A stretch of DNA of 64,000 nucleotides, taken from Eledone cirrhosa. Lineage: Eukaryota. The notes below the pieces were generated by a model. That model had not been told where the DNA came from. It saw nothing but the letters and a program-made list of their open reading frames with translations, and made no database searches. The position numbers and the translations under genes are program-made. This document shows, in pieces, positions 14,151 to 27,089 of this stretch (its first letter is position 1; every line of letters begins with the position of its first letter). The DNA is taken from NCBI GenBank assembly GCA_964016885.1, contig OZ024744.1:11842001-11906000 (forward strand), read 5' to 3'.

Positions 14151-14258
14151 TGATACATGCATACATACAAACATACATACATACATACATACATGATGGC
14201 TGCCCCCTCGTTATCGAGTATGGCCATTGCACAATAAAAAAAAAAAAAAAAAAAAAAA

Positions 14259-14315
<57 letters not shown>

Positions 14316-14342
14316 AAAAAAAAAAAAAAAAAAAAGGAAAAG

Positions 14343-14375
<33 letters not shown>

Positions 14376-14497
14376 TATACACATATATATACATACACAT
14401 ATATATACACACACACATACATACACATACATACATATATACACACACACATACATACACATACACTCACACATATATACACACATACATTAATAAC

Positions 14498-14543
<46 letters not shown>

Positions 14544-14622
14544 GCAATAATAATAATAACGACAACAACAATAATAATATACATATTCATATATATATAC
14601 ACACACACGCACGCACATAAGC

Positions 14623-14660
<38 letters not shown>

Positions 14661-14668
14661 GATAGCAA

Positions 14669-16036
14669 CTAACAGTGCTGCGATCGAATGTGGCTTTTTA
14701 GCCCAGCCAATGATCTAAAATGTCTTGCACAGAATCGGCAACCAAAACATTTACTGGGAATAGTCGGCTGTGGTTGGAGTTCGTGTACTTTTGCATGTCG
14801 CTTGAGTCCTCCTGCTGATTTACATTCTCTACCACATGTTTGGCAAGCATGATGAGTAGCATCTCCAACAGCAGCCTGGTAGTCAACCACTGGTCTTACT
14901 TTATGACTGCGAAGATGACTTTCGAGTCCAGCTTTGCTTAGGCAGAGTCTCGCACAGACGCTGCATGTCAGAAACATAGGAGGACCCTCGCCGTCTGGAA
15001 GTGCAACAGCAATACCCTTCCTCACGTCCCGCTTTACTTTCTCGTGTGCGATTCGAGATGCCTCAAAGGCAACTTTTCCCTCATATACAGTCTTTCTCCA
15101 TTTATTACGATCAGCAGCAATATTTTCCCATGTATCAGCAGAGATGTTAGCGTCTTTCAGAGAGGCCTTCAAGGAATCCTTATACCTCTTTTTTGGTTTA
15201 TGTGGCGGTCGTTTTCCTTTAACCAACTCTCCATAGAAGAGTTGTTTTGGTATTCTAGAATCCTTCATCCTGGCAAGGTGACCACTCCAACGGAGTCGCT
15301 GCTTAAGCACAAGAGCTTCTATACTGTCACACATAGAGCTTTCCAAAATCTCGACATCACTGATGTGGTCCCTCCAGCGAACGCCATGTATCCGTCTGAG
15401 ACACATCTGATGGAAACGCTCCAATTGCTTAAGGTGGCGTCGATATGTGACCCAGGTCTCGCAGGCATAAAGAAGACAAGAGAGTACACATGCCCTGTAC
15501 ACCTTTACCTTTGTCCTCCTGCATATGTCTCGCCGACCCCAGAGTCGCCTTTCTAGCTTTCCGAAAGCATCACTTGCTTTCCTAATCCTAAGTGAGATTT
15601 CACTGTCAAGGTTGCCGTATCGATTGACAGTGCTTCCCAGGTAGACAAACTGATCAACCACTCCAAGTCGTTTGCCATACACATAGACGTTTGGTTCAGT
15701 GTACTGCCTACCAGGTGCAGGTTGGTACATGACGACGGTTTTCTTGAGACTGACAGTCAAACCCAGGGCAGTGCAAGCGTCAGAAAATACATTCAAAATG
15801 TGCTGCATATCACTCTCTGTGTGCGCTACAAGATCGCAATCATCTGCATACAAGAGGTCTCTTATGACTGATGTAAATACTTTTGTCTTCGCAGCAAAGC
15901 GCCTGATGTTAAATATGCTGCCTGAGGTTCGATATCGGATGTAAACACCATGCTCGCAATTCCTGAATGCAATACAGAAAACCATTGCAAAGTATATGGC
16001 AAACAGGGTCGGTGCTGGAATATCCCCCTGTTTCAC
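14669..16036 (-). CDS. RTE ORF, C-terminal part: RT catalytic core plus three C2H2 zinc fingers (frameshifted continuation)
   Basis: KQGD..AP, LLYADD, FVYLG, LLYACETW, LRWSGH; CSVC..H, CQTC..H, CRFC..H fingers. Confidence 0.92.
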   Translation of the reverse strand: MKQGDIPAPTLFAIYFAMVFCIAFRNCEHGVYIRYRTSGSIFNIRRFAAKTKVFTSVIRDLLYADDCDLVAHTESDMQHILNVFSDACTALGLTVSLKKTVVMYQPAPGRQYTEPNVYVYGKRLGVVDQFVYLGSTVNRYGNLDSEISLRIRKASDAFGKLERRLWGRRDICRRTKVKVYRACVLSCLLYACETWVTYRRHLKQLERFHQMCLRRIHGVRWRDHISDVEILESSMCDSIEALVLKQRLRWSGHLARMKDSRIPKQLFYGELVKGKRPPHKPKKRYKDSLKASLKDANISADTWENIAADRNKWRKTVYEGKVAFEASRIAHEKVKRDVRKGIAVALPDGEGPPMFLTCSVCARLCLSKAGLESHLRSHKVRPVVDYQAAVGDATHHACQTCGRECKSAGGLKRHAKVHELQPQPTIPSKCFGCRFCARHFRSLAGLKSHIRSQHC

Positions 16037-18213
16037 TCCATTTTTTTTGAGATAGGCTCCGACATGTTACCTCCGACATTAACCCAAGCCTTCATGTCGT
16101 CATGGAAAGACCTAACTAAAGCAAGGAACTTATCAGGGCAACCAAGTTTCTGGAGAACCTTCCATAATGCATCTCTGTTGACAGTATCGAAAGCCTTTGT
16201 CAGATCGACAAAAACCTGATACAGATCCAAGCCCTGTTCAATGCACTTCTCCTGGAGCTGTCTAGCTGAGAAGATCATATCAGTAGTGCCGCGTCCAACA
16301 CGAAAACCAGATTGACTTTCAGGAAGGACACAATCTGCAATGTGTGTCAGCAGACGGTCCAGAAGCACCCTACATAAAACTTTCCCCACGACAGAAAGCA
16401 ATGATATACCTCTGTAGTTCCCACAATCATTCCTGTTACCCTTTCCCTTGTACAAGACCACCATTACCGCATCTCTCCAGTCCTCAGGCACGGATTCATT
16501 AGCCCATATCCTTCCAAACAGAGAGTGAAGATGTTGCAGGAGTCTCTCACCACCATATTGTATGAGCTCAGCATGTATGCCATCCATACCTGGAGATCTT
16601 CCACTGTTCAGCTTCGAAATAGCCACTGCAACCTCCACAAGTGTCGGAGGTTCTGCGAGAGCTACTTTCACAGGACTTTCCGGAATGAGATTGAGGAAAT
16701 CTTCACTGACGACAGACGGCTGATTCAAAAGATCATCAAAGTGCTCTCGCCACCTTCGTAGAATTCCCTGTGAGTCACGAAGAAGTTCTTTGCCATCCCT
16801 GCTGCGAATCGGTGTCACCAGAGAAGAAGACGGTCCATAAACCTCACGCAAGAGACTGTACAACAGCTTTGTGTTATTGCAATCAGACGCAGTTTGTATC
16901 TCACCAGCCTTCTCACTCCACCACTGATCCTTCATCTGAGAAAGACTCCGCCTAACACGTGATTTTACATCCCTGAGCTCCTCATGCAACGTATTCCTCT
17001 CCCGTGGTCTTGCCGTCAAGTAGCGTGACAGAGCGCGCCTCTTATCAGCCAACAAGTCATCTATATGCACATCTTTCTCATTAAACCAGTCCTGATGTTT
17101 TCTCTGCACCAATCCCAGAACACGTCTGCCTACATCATAAACCGACTTTTTAAGGGTCGGCCAATCCTCACCAAGATCTGCAGCCTGCATCTCTTCTTCC
17201 AATGTCCTCTTCACATTTTTATCCTTAAGACGAGCAGCATTCAATCTTTTGGGCAGGGTAACACCAGGAGCCCGGATTTTACGTTTGGTGATTAGATTCA
17301 CTTTTGCGCGTACCAGGCGGTGGTCCGTCCAGCACTCAGCTCCACGAAGAACACGAACACACTGCACATCCTGTCTGTCACGCATCCTGACTAGGACGTA
17401 GTCCAAAAGATGCCATTCCTTAGATGCAGGATGCATCCATGTGGTCTTGAATTTGTTCTTTCGTTGGAACATGGTGTTGGTAACACACAGATCCAGCTCC
17501 TCACACATTTGCAGCAAGAGCATACCATTGCTGTTACACTTTCCCACCCCATGCCTTCCGATTACATTCCATGTGTTAAAATCCCTACCCACTCTAGCAT
17601 TAAAGTCACCAAGCACGATGACTTTGTCTGCCTGAGGGATATTTCTTAAAACACCTTTCAAGGCATGGTAAAAGGACAGTTTTTCTTCATCGACAGAATT
17701 CATAGTTGGAGCATACACACTCACCAGGGTAGCATATCTTCCCTTGTCCAGCGGAACTCTCATGGACATAAGACGCTCACTAATCCCCACTGGGAATTCT
17801 TCTAATTTATTCACCAGTACAGTCTTAACAGCAAATCCTACCCCAGCCTCTCTTCTGGTTCCTTCATCTCTTCCTTTCCAGAAGAATGTATATTCTCCAC
17901 AAAATTCCGTAAGATGACCATCTCCAGCTAACCTCGTCTCAGACAAAGCCACGATGTCAAGATCGTAACGTCGAAGCTCCTTCGCAACAAGAGCGGTCCT
18001 TCGTTCAGGACGCTCCAAAGAATCCCCGTCAAGCAGCGTCCGTACGTTCCAGCAGCCAAGACTAAATGCCCTGTTTGGCTCTATTACAATGGCACGATGA
18101 CGGGCGGGCCCAGGTTGTGATAACTTGGGGCCCCTGCCCTTATTGCCAATGATCTTTTTTGTTCCAGAACCCAAATTGGCAATTATCTCGTTTACATTGT
18201 TCTGGAACATCAT
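16033..18213 (-). CDS. RTE ORF, N-terminal part: apurinic-like endonuclease plus N-terminal RT
   Basis: WNVRTL, LSETR, SVYAPT, LGDFNARVG, LDYVLV, TDHRLV, YRGISLLS, FVDLTKAFD. Confidence 0.92.
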   Translation of the reverse strand: MMFQNNVNEIIANLGSGTKKIIGNKGRGPKLSQPGPARHRAIVIEPNRAFSLGCWNVRTLLDGDSLERPERRTALVAKELRRYDLDIVALSETRLAGDGHLTEFCGEYTFFWKGRDEGTRREAGVGFAVKTVLVNKLEEFPVGISERLMSMRVPLDKGRYATLVSVYAPTMNSVDEEKLSFYHALKGVLRNIPQADKVIVLGDFNARVGRDFNTWNVIGRHGVGKCNSNGMLLLQMCEELDLCVTNTMFQRKNKFKTTWMHPASKEWHLLDYVLVRMRDRQDVQCVRVLRGAECWTDHRLVRAKVNLITKRKIRAPGVTLPKRLNAARLKDKNVKRTLEEEMQAADLGEDWPTLKKSVYDVGRRVLGLVQRKHQDWFNEKDVHIDDLLADKRRALSRYLTARPRERNTLHEELRDVKSRVRRSLSQMKDQWWSEKAGEIQTASDCNNTKLLYSLLREVYGPSSSLVTPIRSRDGKELLRDSQGILRRWREHFDDLLNQPSVVSEDFLNLIPESPVKVALAEPPTLVEVAVAISKLNSGRSPGMDGIHAELIQYGGERLLQHLHSLFGRIWANESVPEDWRDAVMVVLYKGKGNRNDCGNYRGISLLSVVGKVLCRVLLDRLLTHIADCVLPESQSGFRVGRGTTDMIFSARQLQEKCIEQGLDLYQVFVDLTKAFDTVNRDALWKVLQKLGCPDKFLALVRSFHDDMKAWVNVGGNMSEPISKKME

Positions 18214-18221
18214 TGAATTGG

Positions 18222-18264
<43 letters not shown>

Positions 18265-19065
18265 AGTAATAATAATAGTAATAATAATAATAATAATAAT
18301 AATACTACACTATTAATAATTATTAATGCACTCGTGCAATGCCTGTGCGTGACGAATATTTTTAAAGTGAGGAAAGACTGTGCACTGAACCAATCCCACT
18401 CTCTGAGCGACAGTAGCTATAACCCGAAAAGAAGAAAAGATCAACATCATCGGTAACTACTGAGCCGCAGGTTTTATATCGGAGTTAACCCAGTTTCCTG
18501 AGATGCCTTCTCCTAGAAGAATACCCTGACATGGGCTAGGGGTTCTTCACTCCCAGTGGTTTAACTGCGCGATCGGGCATCCAGCCCGATTATTTCTATG
18601 TCCCCGCGCAAAAAAAAAAAAAAAAAAAAAAAAATTACTTATTGACACTTATACGTACGACATACACACACACGCATACATATGCGTGCACACAGCAACA
18701 CTCACACACACAACAAACACACACACACGCTACTCTACTCACACGCACACACACACATATATATATATATTACCGTCATTACTGATACAAGATTACCAGA
18801 TTATGTCAACTGTTGACTTTCAAGAGTTTGTATAGTTGAAGCCGATCGTATTACAGTCCAGTATTACTATAATTGCTTTACAGCATAGAGTTATGGCTCT
18901 CCACGGAGTCAACAAAAGAGAGTACCAGTGATGCGCTGGCCAGTCGCTGGATCCGTGCCAAAAGCAGAAAAATTATTATTAAAGTTGTTCTTAAGGTCGC
19001 TGGTGATGGTGATGGCGACGGCGGTGGCGGTGGTGGTGGTGGTGGCAGTTGATGTTGTTGTTCTG

Positions 19066-19100
<35 letters not shown>

Positions 19101-19811
19101 GTTATTTTGAGTTTTTTTTTTTTTTTTTTTTTTCCTTTCTTTTTTTTCCTCCTTTTTTTTTTTTTTTCCCCTTCCCTTTTTCTTTTTTTTTTTTTTTCTT
19201 TTCCCTTCCTTTTTTTTATGTTTTGATGCCGCTGTTGTTGTTGTTGTAATTGTTGTAAATGTTCATTTCAGTTCATTCTGAAGCTGTTGTTGCTGTAAAC
19301 ATTAGTGCCGGTGTTGTTGTTGTTGTAGATGTTGGGGTTGAAATCTGGTTGTTTGACTGAGTGATGTATATACACACATATACATACACACACATATATA
19401 TATATACATTCATCAGAGAGTAGAGAGTTTGACAACAGGTCGATGACTTTAGTCTCGATAGGGTATGGTATGGTAATGACATGTGATGGTGGGGAGAGAG
19501 TGTAGACGTTATTGTGGTGGTGTGGACAGTGAGATGTATCTAGTTCATTTGACCGTTTTCTTCTCTTAGCAAAATTTGAATTCTAGCCATGTTATATTGA
19601 GATGTAAGTAAATGTAAAATATAAATAAGGATTGCTCTGCTAAAATATACTAAAATATTTGTGTAACTTCCACAAACTTCTGTCGTGACATTCCCGAGTC
19701 CAGTAACCAACAAATTGTTGTATTTTGATGTTTCAGAATACAAAAATTAATTAAAAACTTACCCCACGAAGAGACAGCGTGTGTTGTCCTATCTATAAGC
19801 TCCCTATACAA

Positions 19812-22800
19812 TACATACATACATACATACATACATACATACATACATACATACATGATGGCCGCAAACTTGTGTTAAAGCATTGCCATCGACTGATAAA
19901 ATGCTCAAAAATATGAGGCACGAATGTGGTTCTTTAAACCAGCTAAAGACTTGCACCCTCTGGCACACACATGGCAACTGTAGGCTCCTCTGAGACTTTC
20001 CATTGCTTTGTTCTGACTGTGTGTTCTCATGTGTCTTTTAATACCGCCCATGCTAGCACATTCCTTACACCTCTTCAGATCTTAATCTACATGAGGTCTA
20101 CTGATATGACTTTGGTCATGTCTAGTCAAACCAGCTTTACTCAGGCAGACTCGACCACAGTACTGGCAAACCAGATTATGCTCAACAGCAGGCAGTTCAG
20201 AACAGTGCTTTTTCCTTACCTTCCTTTTCAGTGTTAAGTGTTCTCTTCGACAAGTTTCAAAGTGTTCACTACCTGACTTGATCAAACGTCTCCACTTCTT
20301 CTCCCATTCGTCAAATGAAATTCCAGTACAAGCCAAAGTTCCCCTGACACAGTCCCGGTACCGCATTTTTGGTTTGTGTGGTGGTCGCCTTCCTTCCCAC
20401 AATTCTCCGTAGGGAAGTTGCTTTGGAATACGATGATCAGACATCAGGACCACGTGACCACACCACCTCAACTGGTGCTGAAAGGTCATTCTCTCTATAC
20501 TCACACACCTGTTCCGTTTGAGAACTTCCAAATCACTGACAAACATTTTCCATCGCACCCCAAGTATCTTATGAAGAGATTGTTGGTGAAATCTCTCCAG
20601 ATCCTTGAGGTGTTTTCTGTATGTGACCCACGTTTCACAAGCATAAAGCAAAGAGGAGATGACACAAGTCAGATACACTTTCACCTTGGTTTCAATAGTG
20701 ATACCTCGTCTGGACAATAAACGTTCATTGAGCTGTCCAAAAGCCTCATTGGCTTTCTTGATTCTTAAGATATTTAATCATCAAATGTGCATGAATTGTT
20801 CATCATACTATCAAGGTAAACAAGCTTGTCAGCAACTTTTAGCTTCTTTCCGTACACGTACACACTTGGTGTAGTGTACTCTTTTCCACGTCACAACAGT
20901 CTTTTCCAAGCTTATTGTGAGGCCCAAAGCACTGCAAACTTCAGAAAAAGAGTTCATAATATGCTGCATGTCACTTTGTGAGTGTGCAAAAAGATCAGTC
21001 ATTTGCATATAAAAACTCTCGGATTGTAGATGTTAATAACTTTGTGCTTCACAAAAGTGCCTGATGTTGAACAACCTTCTTGAAGTGCAATATCTGATGA
21101 AAACTCCATGCAAACAATCTTTCCTGAATGCCATGAGAAACACTATCATAAAATATAAGGAAAACAGAGTTGTAGCCGGAATGTCCCCCTTCAACTGATA
21201 TTGGTTCAATGATGCTACCACCAATACTGACCCAAACTTTAATGTCATGATGAAAAAGACGCAGAATTTTTACAAACTTAGGAGGGCAGCCAAGCCTTTC
21301 CAACATTTTCCACACTGTCAAAGGCCTTTGTCAAGTCAACATAGACCTGGTAAAGGTCCATACATTGTTTGATACACTTTTCTTGCAGCTGCCGAACAGA
21401 AAAGATCATATCCACTGTTCCTCTTTCGTTTCTGAACCCACACTGCGACTCAGGCAACACATTCAGAGAAACCCCTGAGATCAATCTATCCATCAAAATT
21501 CGGCATATGACATTACCAACTACTGAAAGAAGTGATATGCCACAATAATTGCCACATTTGTCTTTCCCCATCCTTTTCTTTATGGAGAATCACCATCGTT
21601 CCAATCTCGTGGGACAATCTCCCCACACCTTTTAATGGGGTCAGTCAGGCGCTGTGTGAGGTTTTCCCCACTGCACTTTAAAACCTCTGCACTCAGACCA
21701 TCCATACCAGGAGACTTACCACAGTTCAGGCACCATCAAACCAGTTTTTTACAATGACTCCTTTACACAACCTTTGAATCGGAGCCTTGACTTGTGAGGT
21801 GGTCCCTTACATTTACAAAGCTCGCCAGCTCATGTACAGCAGAAGTCACCTCTACAAGAGAAGGTACATCAGCCATCTCATGCTTCACTGGTTCAATAGG
21901 AATGGAGCAAATGAAATAATCATCAACCTGGGATGGCTGGTTTAAGAGCTCATCAAAGTGATCTCTCCATCTGTCGAGTATGTCTTTTGGATTGTGCAGT
22001 AACTGCTTGCCATCTTTTGATCTCGACGGTGTCACTGGTGAGCTGAAAGGACCATACACCTCTCTAAGTAGAGAATGCAGCAGTTTCACATTGTTACCAC
22101 CAGATGCTGCTTCAACTTCATCTGCTTTGTTGCTCCACCAGGTATTTTGTATGGCCCTGAGTTTCACCTGCACCTCCTTCTTTACCTGTCTGTAACACTT
22201 ATAATTGTCACCAACAGAGTTACCACCTTTAAGAACTGCACGAGTGTCTTTTGTTTTCTGTCCAGTAGAGCCTTGACATCCCGGTCTTTCTCATCAAGCC
22301 AGTCCTTGTGTTTTCTTGTAACAAACCGAAGGACCTCAGCTGAAGCCTCATAGACCGAACTCCTGAAGTCATTCCAGTTGTTCACACAATCAATGTTTCC
22401 ATGACTGCGACGCAGCTCTTCCTTGACACCCTTATCCCTTATATTCAAGTGCCTTGGAATCTTGACACCATTTGTTCTTATTTGAGGTTTGATCACAAAG
22501 TTAGCCTTATCGCGCACCAGACGATGGTCTGTCCAACGCTCTGCTCCACACAGAACACGTACTTGCTTGATATCCTGCATGTCAAGTTCCTTCACAAGAA
22601 CATAGTCGATCAGATGCCACACCTTCGACACAGGGTACATCCATGTTGTCTGGAACTTATTCTTTTGCTGGAACATTATGCTTGTAATGAACAAATCTAA
22701 CTCCACACACATCTGTAGCAAGAGGAGACCATTGCTGTTACATTTCCCTATGCCATGTCTGCCGATCACATCCCAAGTCTCATAATCCCTTGCATTGCGT

Positions 22801-23370
22801 GTGTGGAAATCACCAAGTACGACAATTTTGGCTGCTGAGAAGGAAGCTTTTTGACAAGTTCCTTCAAAGACCTGTAAAAGGTGAGTTTCTCATCTTTGTT
22901 GGAATTCATCATCGGGGCACATACAGTGACAATGGTAAGGTAGCAATTGTACATCAGAGGAATGCTCATTAACATAAGACGATCACTGATGCCACTTGGA
23001 AACTGGTCAAGTGTCGACACCAAAGACGTTTTCACAACAAAAGCCACACCTGCCTCCCTTTTCATCTTGCTGCTCTGCCACCCCAGTAAAACGTATAGCC
23101 ACTTGACATCTCAGTGATATGACCCTCTTCAAGTAGCCTTGTCTCAGTTAAGGTAACAATATCCATATTGTATCGTCCCAGCTCTTTGGCAACAAGAGCT
23201 GATCTTCTTTCTGGTCGTCATTCTCAAGACACCACATCTTATAAGGTCCGGATGTTCATAGGTTTCTTCTTCTTTGTAGGGCCCATGCTGCGGTGCCATG
23301 GGACACCTGTCGGGCCAGACCCTTTCACCATCAGTTCCAGAGTCCCTATTGCCATTAATTTGTACATTAT
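19812..23370 (-). mobile_element. Highly degenerate near-full-length RTE LINE, family 3
   Basis: Fragmented APE (REAGVAF, IDYVLV, WTDHRLV), RT (ESQCGFR, VDLTKAFD, LLYACETW), C2H2 finger, (CATA)n tail at ~19812-19856. Confidence 0.88.
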
Positions 23371-23622
23371 CATGGTTCATACATATACATATCCTTGTGT
23401 CTGTGTTTGTGAATACCAGTGTAAATTGGTGTGTCTCTTTATAACAAAACTAAAAAAAAATGAAAGAAAAAGTAAAAAGCTAATCATTCAATAAAGAGAG
23501 ATTGATGAAACAAGTGATAGACTGAAATAAGTGCCAAGATCAATATGATTGACTAAAACAGCCATCGAAGGAATTGCTCCATCATGGTCATAGTTGAATA
23601 CATGAAACCAGTAAAATGATAA

Positions 23623-25964
23623 CACTGGTCAACAAGTATTTTTCATCAAGCATATGTCAAGGTGTACTTAGTGTAGTTTTTAATGCTGATTTCAAATATA
23701 CAATTAGTTTTTTGACATCACTTACAGTTTTCAAGATAAGAAAGTTTTTTTGTTTTAGCTCATGCATTATATAGAAATTCCAATTAATGACATGTATTTC
23801 ATTTACATCATGGAAACATACCTTTAAAATAAACTACATTATTCATTGCTGCATAGTTCAGATGCAATATTTCATCATCTTAAATTAACCAATCAAATTT
23901 TGTCTGATGAAATGGGTATTTCAACATTTCAAATTGTCCAGTCATAATTGGTCTGATGAAATATTTCATCTCAAATTATTCAATATAAGTAAAACTGTTT
24001 GTATCTATTTCCTTACTTGTTTTACAGTGTTAACAATGTCAAGACTGTAATTGTCTTGATGTGTTTTGTTGTCTGTGGACAATTTATTGTGAAAGCTCAA
24101 AAACGTACAATAACACCAGAGATCAAGAAGATTTATAAGCTCTACTTTGACTGTCCTCTTGGAGATCAGGACAAGTTATGGGCACCACATTTTATCTGCT
24201 CAGCTTGCTCAAATGGCTTACGTGACTGGTTCAATAAGAAGAGGAAGTCCATGCCTTTTGCCATTCCAATGATATGGAGGGAGCCGAAGACCATTTCAAT
24301 GACTGTTATTTTTGCAAAGTAAATGTCAGGATTTTCTATGAAGAATAAACACAAAATTGTGTATCCCAATTTAGATTCTGCAATGAGACCTGTGCCTCAC
24401 AATGGATGTCTGCCAATTCTAGTTCCACCAAATGATGGTATTCAAACATCAGATGATGATGCTGACTGTCACGATAGTGCTGCTGAGGAAGATGACGTGG
24501 CTGATGACAATAGCTTTGAATATGATGACAATAGCTGAACTGAATGACCTTGTCAGAGACCTACCCCTCTCAAAAGATAAAGTAGAACTGTTGGCATCAA
24601 GACTGAAGGAGAAGTATCTGCTAGAGCACGGTGTTCGTATAACTTATTTTCGGCAGAGAAATGTGTTTTCCTGTTGAAGGCCCACTTTGCTTTTGCAGTA
24701 ACATCGATGGACTTTTCGAATGTTTATCACAAAATCCTGATCTTGCAGTGTGGCGTTTGTTTATTGACTCTTCAAAACGAAGTTTAAAAGCTGTACTTCT
24801 CCATAATGGTAATTTGAAGCCCTCCATTTCTATTGCACACTCCGTTCATATTCATGAATCATGAGAATATGGAACTTTTACTTCATGCCATTGCCTATTA
24901 AAGATACTCATGGAAAATATGTGGAGATTTAAAAGTCATTGGAATGTTAATGGGAATGCAGTCAGGTTTCACAAAATACTGTTGTTTCTTGTGTCTATGG
25001 GATAGTCGGGCAACTGACAGACATTATTCGGAATCAAACTGGCAGACAAGAACATCATACCAGCCAGGACTGTCCAGCGTCAAGAATGCACCTCTTATAG
25101 ATCCATGTAATGTCTTATTGCCTCCTTTGCACAAAGCTTGGGCTGATGAAACAGTTTGTAACGACACTAGGGAAGAGAAATGCCAGAGGGTTTGAATATA
25201 TTGTAGAAAAGTTTCCCAAAATCACACAGGCAAAGTTGAAAGAGGGTATCTTTGTCGGACCCTAAATTAGAGAAGTACTCAAAGATGTCAACTTCAAGAC
25301 AACACTGGATGAACTGGAACTGCCTGAAATGCTTTCAATTTGATCTGTGAGAATTTCTTGGGCAACAAGAAGGCAATTGTCTACAAAGATGGCATCAAGA
25401 ATCTTCTGAAATATTACTCAGCAATGGGTTGTCGCATGTCAATGAAAGTTCACTTCTTGGACTCCCATCTGGATTTCTTCCCAGATAACCTTGGAGCAGT
25501 GTCTGATGAACATGATGAAAGATTTCACCAGAACATTAGTGCTATGTAGAAATGGTACCAAGGCTTCTAGAATGACAGTATGCTGGCTGACAACTGCTGG
25601 ACACTTTACCGTGATCAACCAGATCAGGAACACCGCAGGAAATCCAAATCACAATGTTTCTAACTCTGTTGTTCTAACTTTGTCTGTTTTGTCTGACCCA
25701 TTTTTTTGTGTATTCACTCTCAATAGAATGATAGTGATGATTTTTAACTCAATAAACTCATTTACTTTCTAAAAATAATATGTTCTTATTTATTACGTTA
25801 ATGACTTCATATATACAAATATGTAAATATTTGCATGTATCTACTGAAAAACTGATACATGCTGCATACAATTGGAGTGAAATTTTGAAATCAGCATGAA
25901 AAATTAGTCTAAAAAAGTTGGTTTGCATTCATGAGTATAATACATTTAATTTTGTTGACCAGTG
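23623..25964 (+). mobile_element. Chapaev3-type (CMC superfamily) DNA transposon with decayed transposase
   Basis: TIRs CACTGGTCAACAA (23623) and TTGTTGACCAGTG (ends 25964), both flanked by TAA; motifs GDQDKLWAPHFIC, PMIWREP, WRLFIDSSKRSLKAVLLHNGN, TKYCCFLCLWDSR, MSMKVHFLDSHLDFFPDNLGAVSDEH. Confidence 0.85.
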
Positions 25965-26399
25965 TAATAGATAATAGCAAAAGAATAACTCTTAAGAAGG
26001 GAATGGGAAATCAGCTTTATTTTTAAATATTCTTTGAGACACAAGGAAAATTGTTTTATAACATTAAATATATCAGTCGCTTCAGTCTTAAGCCATTTGT
26101 TGTCAATCTTCCCTTACCTACAAGGGTGACATTAATATTTTCGGGTTTTATTGTGATGGATAGAATTGGCAAAGTTTCAAACGTGAATTTGTTTAATAGA
26201 TAGATAGAGAGAGTGGGAGAGATAGATAGAGTGAGAGGCGGGAGAGAGATAAAGAGAGAGATAGAGAGAAATAGACAAACACTTGTAGACATATATATAG
26301 ATATATATATATTTGGACATTAAATGATGTGTGTATGGAGAGAGAAACAAAAAATTGAAAACATGATCTAACTGTATATGAGTATGTGTGTATGTGAGT

Positions 26400-27078
26400 G
26401 TGAATGTTACCTGTTAACCACTGAGCAGAACATCGAAATCTGTCAAGATCTCCATCAGTGTGTCGCTGATGACTCATCCTTCATTTTGCAGATCATTTAC
26501 AGTGACGAGAGTTGGGTCTACGGTTATGACCCTGAGATGAATCAGCAGTCAACATGTTGGAAAAGCCATCCATCTGCATGACAAGACCACAGCTCATTGT
26601 TGTTTTCAACATCCACAGTTTTATGTATCGATAATTCATTCCCCAGGGTCAGACCATCAATCAAGAGTTCTACTGCAACGTTTTGAGATGTTGGAGGGAG
26701 GACATTGAGTGAAAGCGACAGATCTGTGGATCACGATGACAATGCACACTCTGACTGAACTCACCAAAAACAACATTGTATCACTTCCACACCCACCGTA
26801 TTCACAAGATTTAGCACCTGTAGACTTCCATCTCTTCTCCAAGCTGATAATGCAGCTCAAAGGTCACCGTTTTAACACCTTTGACAAGATCCAGAGTGAA
26901 TCACAGAAGGTCCTCAACTTGCTTATGGAAAACGACTTTGAGACCGGATTCCAAAAGTGGGACTGGTGTATTGCAGTGAAACGGGACTATTTCAAAAGAG
27001 ATGATATTAAAACTTAAGTAAATATATTTTATATATTTTTAAACATAACTTGTCTCAGAACTTTTTGATATCACCTCA
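26400..27078 (+). mobile_element. Mariner transposase relic
   Basis: DESWVYGYDPE, HPPYSQDLAPVDFHLF, W..CIA..GDYF-like C-terminus. Confidence 0.85.
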
Positions 27079-27089
27079 CCTCATATATA

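Larger units (their letters stand above)
14155..18610 (-). mobile_element. Full-length RTE (BovB-like) LINE: structured 5' UTR, APE-RT-C2H2 ORF, microsatellite-rich 3' UTR, (ATGT)n tail
   Basis: Two abutting ORFs encoding one polyprotein; 3' end GGCAGCCATC(ATGT)n shared with the copy at 33778-35020. Confidence 0.95.

Noticed and set aside
23900-23970. Two CTGATGAAA motifs as hammerheads
   Set aside because: No stem I or III pairing; better read as subterminal repeats of the Chapaev3 element.
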